Under the pieces are notes generated by a model. That model saw nothing but the letters and a program-made list of their open reading frames with translations, was not told the DNA's origin and did no database searches. Of a stretch of DNA of 64,000 nt, positions 62,857 to 64,000 are shown piece by piece. Each line of letters opens with the position of its first letter. The stretch's first letter is position 1. Made by a program: the position numbers and the translations under genes. The DNA lies in NCBI GenBank assembly GCA_951406725.2, contig OX597815.1, positions 128,092,001 to 128,156,000 of the forward strand, written 5' to 3'. This DNA comes from Octopus vulgaris (Eukaryota).

Positions 62857-62969
62857 CCACACTTAGTCCCATGGTACAAAAACTTTTTTTCCTAAAGCTA
62901 TCTAAATTAAAACATTACACAAACATTTCATGTAAATTTTTATTGGAGACATCAACTTAATAATTCTAA

Positions 62970-63175
62970 TTATAGCACAAGGCCAGCAATTTTGAGGGGA
63001 GGGGGCAAATCAATTACATCTCCCTGGTACTTGATTAGGACTTCTTTTTTATTGACCACCAAAAGGATGGAAAGCAAAGTTAACCTTGACAGAATTTGAA
63101 TTGAAAACATAAAACTGGAAGAAATGCCATTAAGTGCCTTGTCTAGCATCATAACAATCCTGCCAGCTCATCAAT
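62970..63175 (-). mobile_element. SINE (homolog of 31140-31335)
   Basis: Shares TTCAAATTCTG.C.AGGT.AACT..CTTTC and GATGTAAT.GA.TT motifs with the + copy at 31140. Confidence 0.55.
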
Positions 63176-63515
63176 TAACGCAAGCTTGATACTTCTTGCT
63201 TTCTTTCTTAACATCAACTTCATAATGACACATAGACACCTGAGGTGAACCTGGAGTACACATGGTATGTCATTGATGGGCTCACAAACAGCAATAAATG
63301 GATTTTGGCAAACCTAGCCAATTGATTGACTAAATGATTAATCAAACAATTGATTTTTTTTAATTAGTTAAATGTTAATTAATAATTTTAAAAGAAATGA
63401 AACAGAACTAATGAGCGTGTTTATTGTTGGCATAATGATCCTCCCATGACAACAATAGTAGAGTCACTTCTATCTTGTCATTTTTAAAACAAAGAACATT
63501 TTCCCATTTTAAGAT

Positions 63516-63560
<45 letters not shown>

Positions 63561-64000
63561 CACAAAGGTTCAGGCTCAGTAGAAGTTTCCACATGTCATT
63601 CCTGTACCCAGCATGGTTTGGTGAAGGCCATCATATATCCAGATAAACTAATGTGCAGAATTTAAGCCATGGGATAGCAATAATAAGTACAGGAAACATA
63701 ATTATATTTTAAGCTTATAAAACGCGTATTTCTGTAAACCAATTGTTATGATTACACAAGGCAGTTAGTCAAATTGCATAATACAGCATTCTCAGTATAA
63801 AAAAAACACACACACACAGCTCAGTGAGATACGTAGTTTAATATATTCCAGTTTTGCAAATTACATTCAATATCATTGATATGGTAAAATAGAGTGTGAA
63901 GTAGTAGGATGATGTTAAAAGAAGACAGATAGATAGTTGATGAGAGAAGGGAGGTCGTCAGTCATACCTCCCCTCCATACATATTCAGGCAGACACAAAC

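Overview
AT-rich, microsatellite-saturated eukaryotic DNA. The SINE, RTE and Dong repeat repertoire resembles an octopod cephalopod (inference, not verified). Most ORFs in the supplied track are microsatellite or antisense artefacts. Reading splice signals by hand gives one host gene on the + strand: 8 coding exons between 20421 and 62687, about 403 aa. It encodes a predicted type I membrane glycoprotein: signal peptide, a divergent SUEL/Gal-lectin-like Cys domain split by a mucin-like insert, a second CxC beta-rich domain, a micro-exon-encoded stalk, a TM helix and a basic tail. The rest is transposable elements. (i) 1-9600 is a head-to-tail array of at least six R4/Dong-like RLE non-LTR retrotransposons separated by (TAA)n target tracts, including an apparently uninterrupted 729-codon frame that the ORF track missed; a second cluster lies at 26.5-30.3 kb. 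(ii) RTE-clade LINE fragments and their 3'-end derivatives. (iii) tRNA-type and Deu/Nin-like SINEs. (iv) Tc1/mariner elements, MITEs and Helitron-like tandem units. (v) Penelope-like remnants with inverted arms. Several candidate self-cleaving ribozymes lie antisense inside the host introns: minimal hammerheads at about 43.55, 22.2, 43.7, 43.15 and 50.6 kb, and an HDV-like motif at about 60.35 kb.
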